Below are positions 62,701 through 64,000 of a stretch of 64,000 bases of DNA, piece after piece. Numbering within the stretch: position 1 is the stretch's first letter; each line of letters starts with the position of its first letter. The stretch is taken from NCBI RefSeq assembly GCF_009914755.1, contig NC_060932.1. One strand, 5' to 3'. Under the pieces are notes generated by a model, which saw only the letters and a program-made list of their open reading frames with translations, had not been told where the DNA came from and ran no database searches. Both the position numbers and the translations under genes were made by a program. The DNA is from the human T2T-CHM13v2.0 reference genome, Homo sapiens.

Positions 62701-64000
62701 CTGGAAGCGGGCATTTGGAGCGCTTTCAGGCCTATGCTTAAAATAGGAAATATCTACCTACAGAAACTAGACAGAAGCATTCTGAGAATCACGTTTGTGA
62801 TGTGGGTACTCAACTAACAGTGTTGATCCATTCTTTTGATACAGCAGTTTTGAACCACACTTTTTGTAGAATCTGCAAGAGGATATTTGGATAGCTGTGA
62901 GGATTTCGTTGGAAACGGGAATGTCTTCAAAGAAAATCTAGACAGAAGCATTCTCAGAAACACCTTCGTGATGTTTGCAATCAAGTCACAGAGTTGAACC
63001 TTCCGTTTCATAGAGCAGGTTGGAAACACTCTTATTGTAGTATCTGGAAGTGGACATTTGGAGCGCTTTCAGGCCTATGGTGAAAAAGGAAATATCTTCC
63101 CATAAAAACGACATAGAAGCTATCTCAGGAACTTGTTTATGATGCATCTAATCAACTAACAGTGTTGAACCTTTGTACTGACAGAGCACTTTGAAACACT
63201 CTTTTTTTGGAATCTGCAAGTGGATATTTGGATCGCTTTGAGGATTTCGTTGGAAACGGGATGCAATATAAAACGTACACAGCAGCATACTCAGAAAATA
63301 CTTTGCCATATTTCCATTCAAGTCACAGAGTGGAACATTCCCATTACTAGAGCAGGTTGGAAACACTCTTTTTGGAGTATCTGGAAGTGGACATTTGGAG
63401 CGCTTTCTGAACTATGGTGAAAAAGGAAATATCTTCCAATGAAAACAAGACAGAAGCATTCTGAGAAACTTATTTGTGATGTGTGTCCTCAACAAACGGA
63501 CTTGAACCTTTCGTTTCATGCAGTACTTCTGGAACACTCTTTTTGAAGATTCTGCATGCGGATATTTGGATAGCTTTGAGGATTTCGTTGGAAACGGGCT
63601 TACATGTAAAAATTAGACAGCAGCATTCTCAGAAACTTCTTTGTGGTGTCTGCATTCAAGTCACAGAATTGAACTTCCCCTCACATAGAGCAGTTGTGCA
63701 GCACTCTATTTGTAGTATCTGGAAGTGGACATTTGGAGGGCTTTGTAGCCTATCTGGAAAAAGGAAATATCTTCCCATGAATGCGAGATAGAAGTAATCT
63801 CAGAAACATGTTTATGCTGTATCTACTCAACTAACTGTGCTGAACATTTCTATTGATAGAGCAGTTTTGAGACACTCTTCTTTTGGAATCCGCAAGTGGA
63901 TATTTGGATAGATTTGAGGATTTCCTTGGAAACGGGATTATATATAAAAAGTAGACAGCAGCATTCTCAGAAACTTCTTTGTGATGTTTGCATCCAGCTC
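53798..64000 (+). repeat. HOR run 7-(8-7-7)x2-8-partial; 22-monomer, 3742 bp period from 54991 to 62474
   Basis: Anchors at 53798, 54991, 56347, 57540, 58733, 60089, 61282, 62475 and 63831. Confidence 0.9.

Larger units (their letters stand above)
1..64000 (+). repeat. Centromeric alpha-satellite HOR array, SF2-like; probably human chr8 D8Z2, in a region of mixed 4/7/8/11-mer HOR variants
   Basis: Alphoid consensus motifs (cattctcagaaac, tttgtgatgt, ttgaaacactcttt, tggatatttgga, aaaaggaaatatct) recur every ~170 bp to both ends of the window. CENP-B boxes occur in roughly every second monomer. HOR periods measured from ORF-track anchors are 1868, 1356, 1193 and 681 bp. Alphoid identity is near certain. 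The chr8 assignment rests on recall of the D8Z2 variant sizes (~0.8). Confidence 0.98.

Noticed and set aside
121-63791. Numerous 66-102 aa ORFs on both strands (e.g. MSSTNGLEPF..., MPASRHYKKR..., MDIWIALRIS...)
   Set aside because: They recur with the HOR period, overlap on opposite strands, often start at GTG/TTG and resemble no protein family I recognise. They are chance open frames in alphoid DNA, used here only as positional markers.
804-63830. HOR order as an information-bearing code
   Set aside because: Nested duplications and linkage of two deletions explain the order. Nothing in the sequence supports a readout mechanism.
218-63937. CRISPR-like regularly spaced conserved motif (gaggatttcgttggaaacgg)
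   Set aside because: It is the CENP-B box region. The intervening sequence is ~150-320 bp of repeated satellite, not unique spacers, and there are no cas genes.
1-64000. Assignment to the chr13/21 11-mer arrays (D13Z1/D21Z1, also ~1.87 kb)
   Set aside because: The 8-mer-rich 4/7/8/11 variant set fits my recollection of D8Z2 better, and I do not recognise D13Z1/D21Z1 monomers here. This is not formally excluded without alignment.
1-64000. Transposon insertion, inversion or unique non-satellite island
   Set aside because: Anchor spacings sum exactly to HOR lengths (63,027 bp from 804 to 63831), leaving no room for an insert. All motifs stay on one strand.

Overview
The whole 64 kb window is one uninterrupted, single-orientation, head-to-tail array of primate centromeric alpha-satellite (~171 bp monomers, alternating CENP-B-box and pJalpha-type monomers, SF2-like dimeric ancestry). 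I see no genes, RNA genes, transposon insertions or inversions. The ORFs in the track are short recurrences of satellite monomers. The array is built on a 1868 bp 11-monomer higher-order repeat (HOR) plus two internal deletion variants: one loses 3 monomers (~512 bp) and one loses 4 monomers (675 bp). These give 8-mer (1356 bp), 7-mer (1193 bp) and, in a different register, 4-mer (681 bp) units. From recall, not a search, this 4/7/8/11-mer set best fits the human chromosome 8 active array D8Z2. The interesting content is structural: super-HORs of 30, 26 and 22 monomers; a strict ordering rule between the two deletions; a deletion breakpoint at the edge of a CENP-B box that removes a defective box; individual CENP-B box losses and one gain; recombinant units; and ~5 kb blocks shared at 33-51 kb distances. 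I found no evidence for a novel protein-coding or CRISPR-like system.
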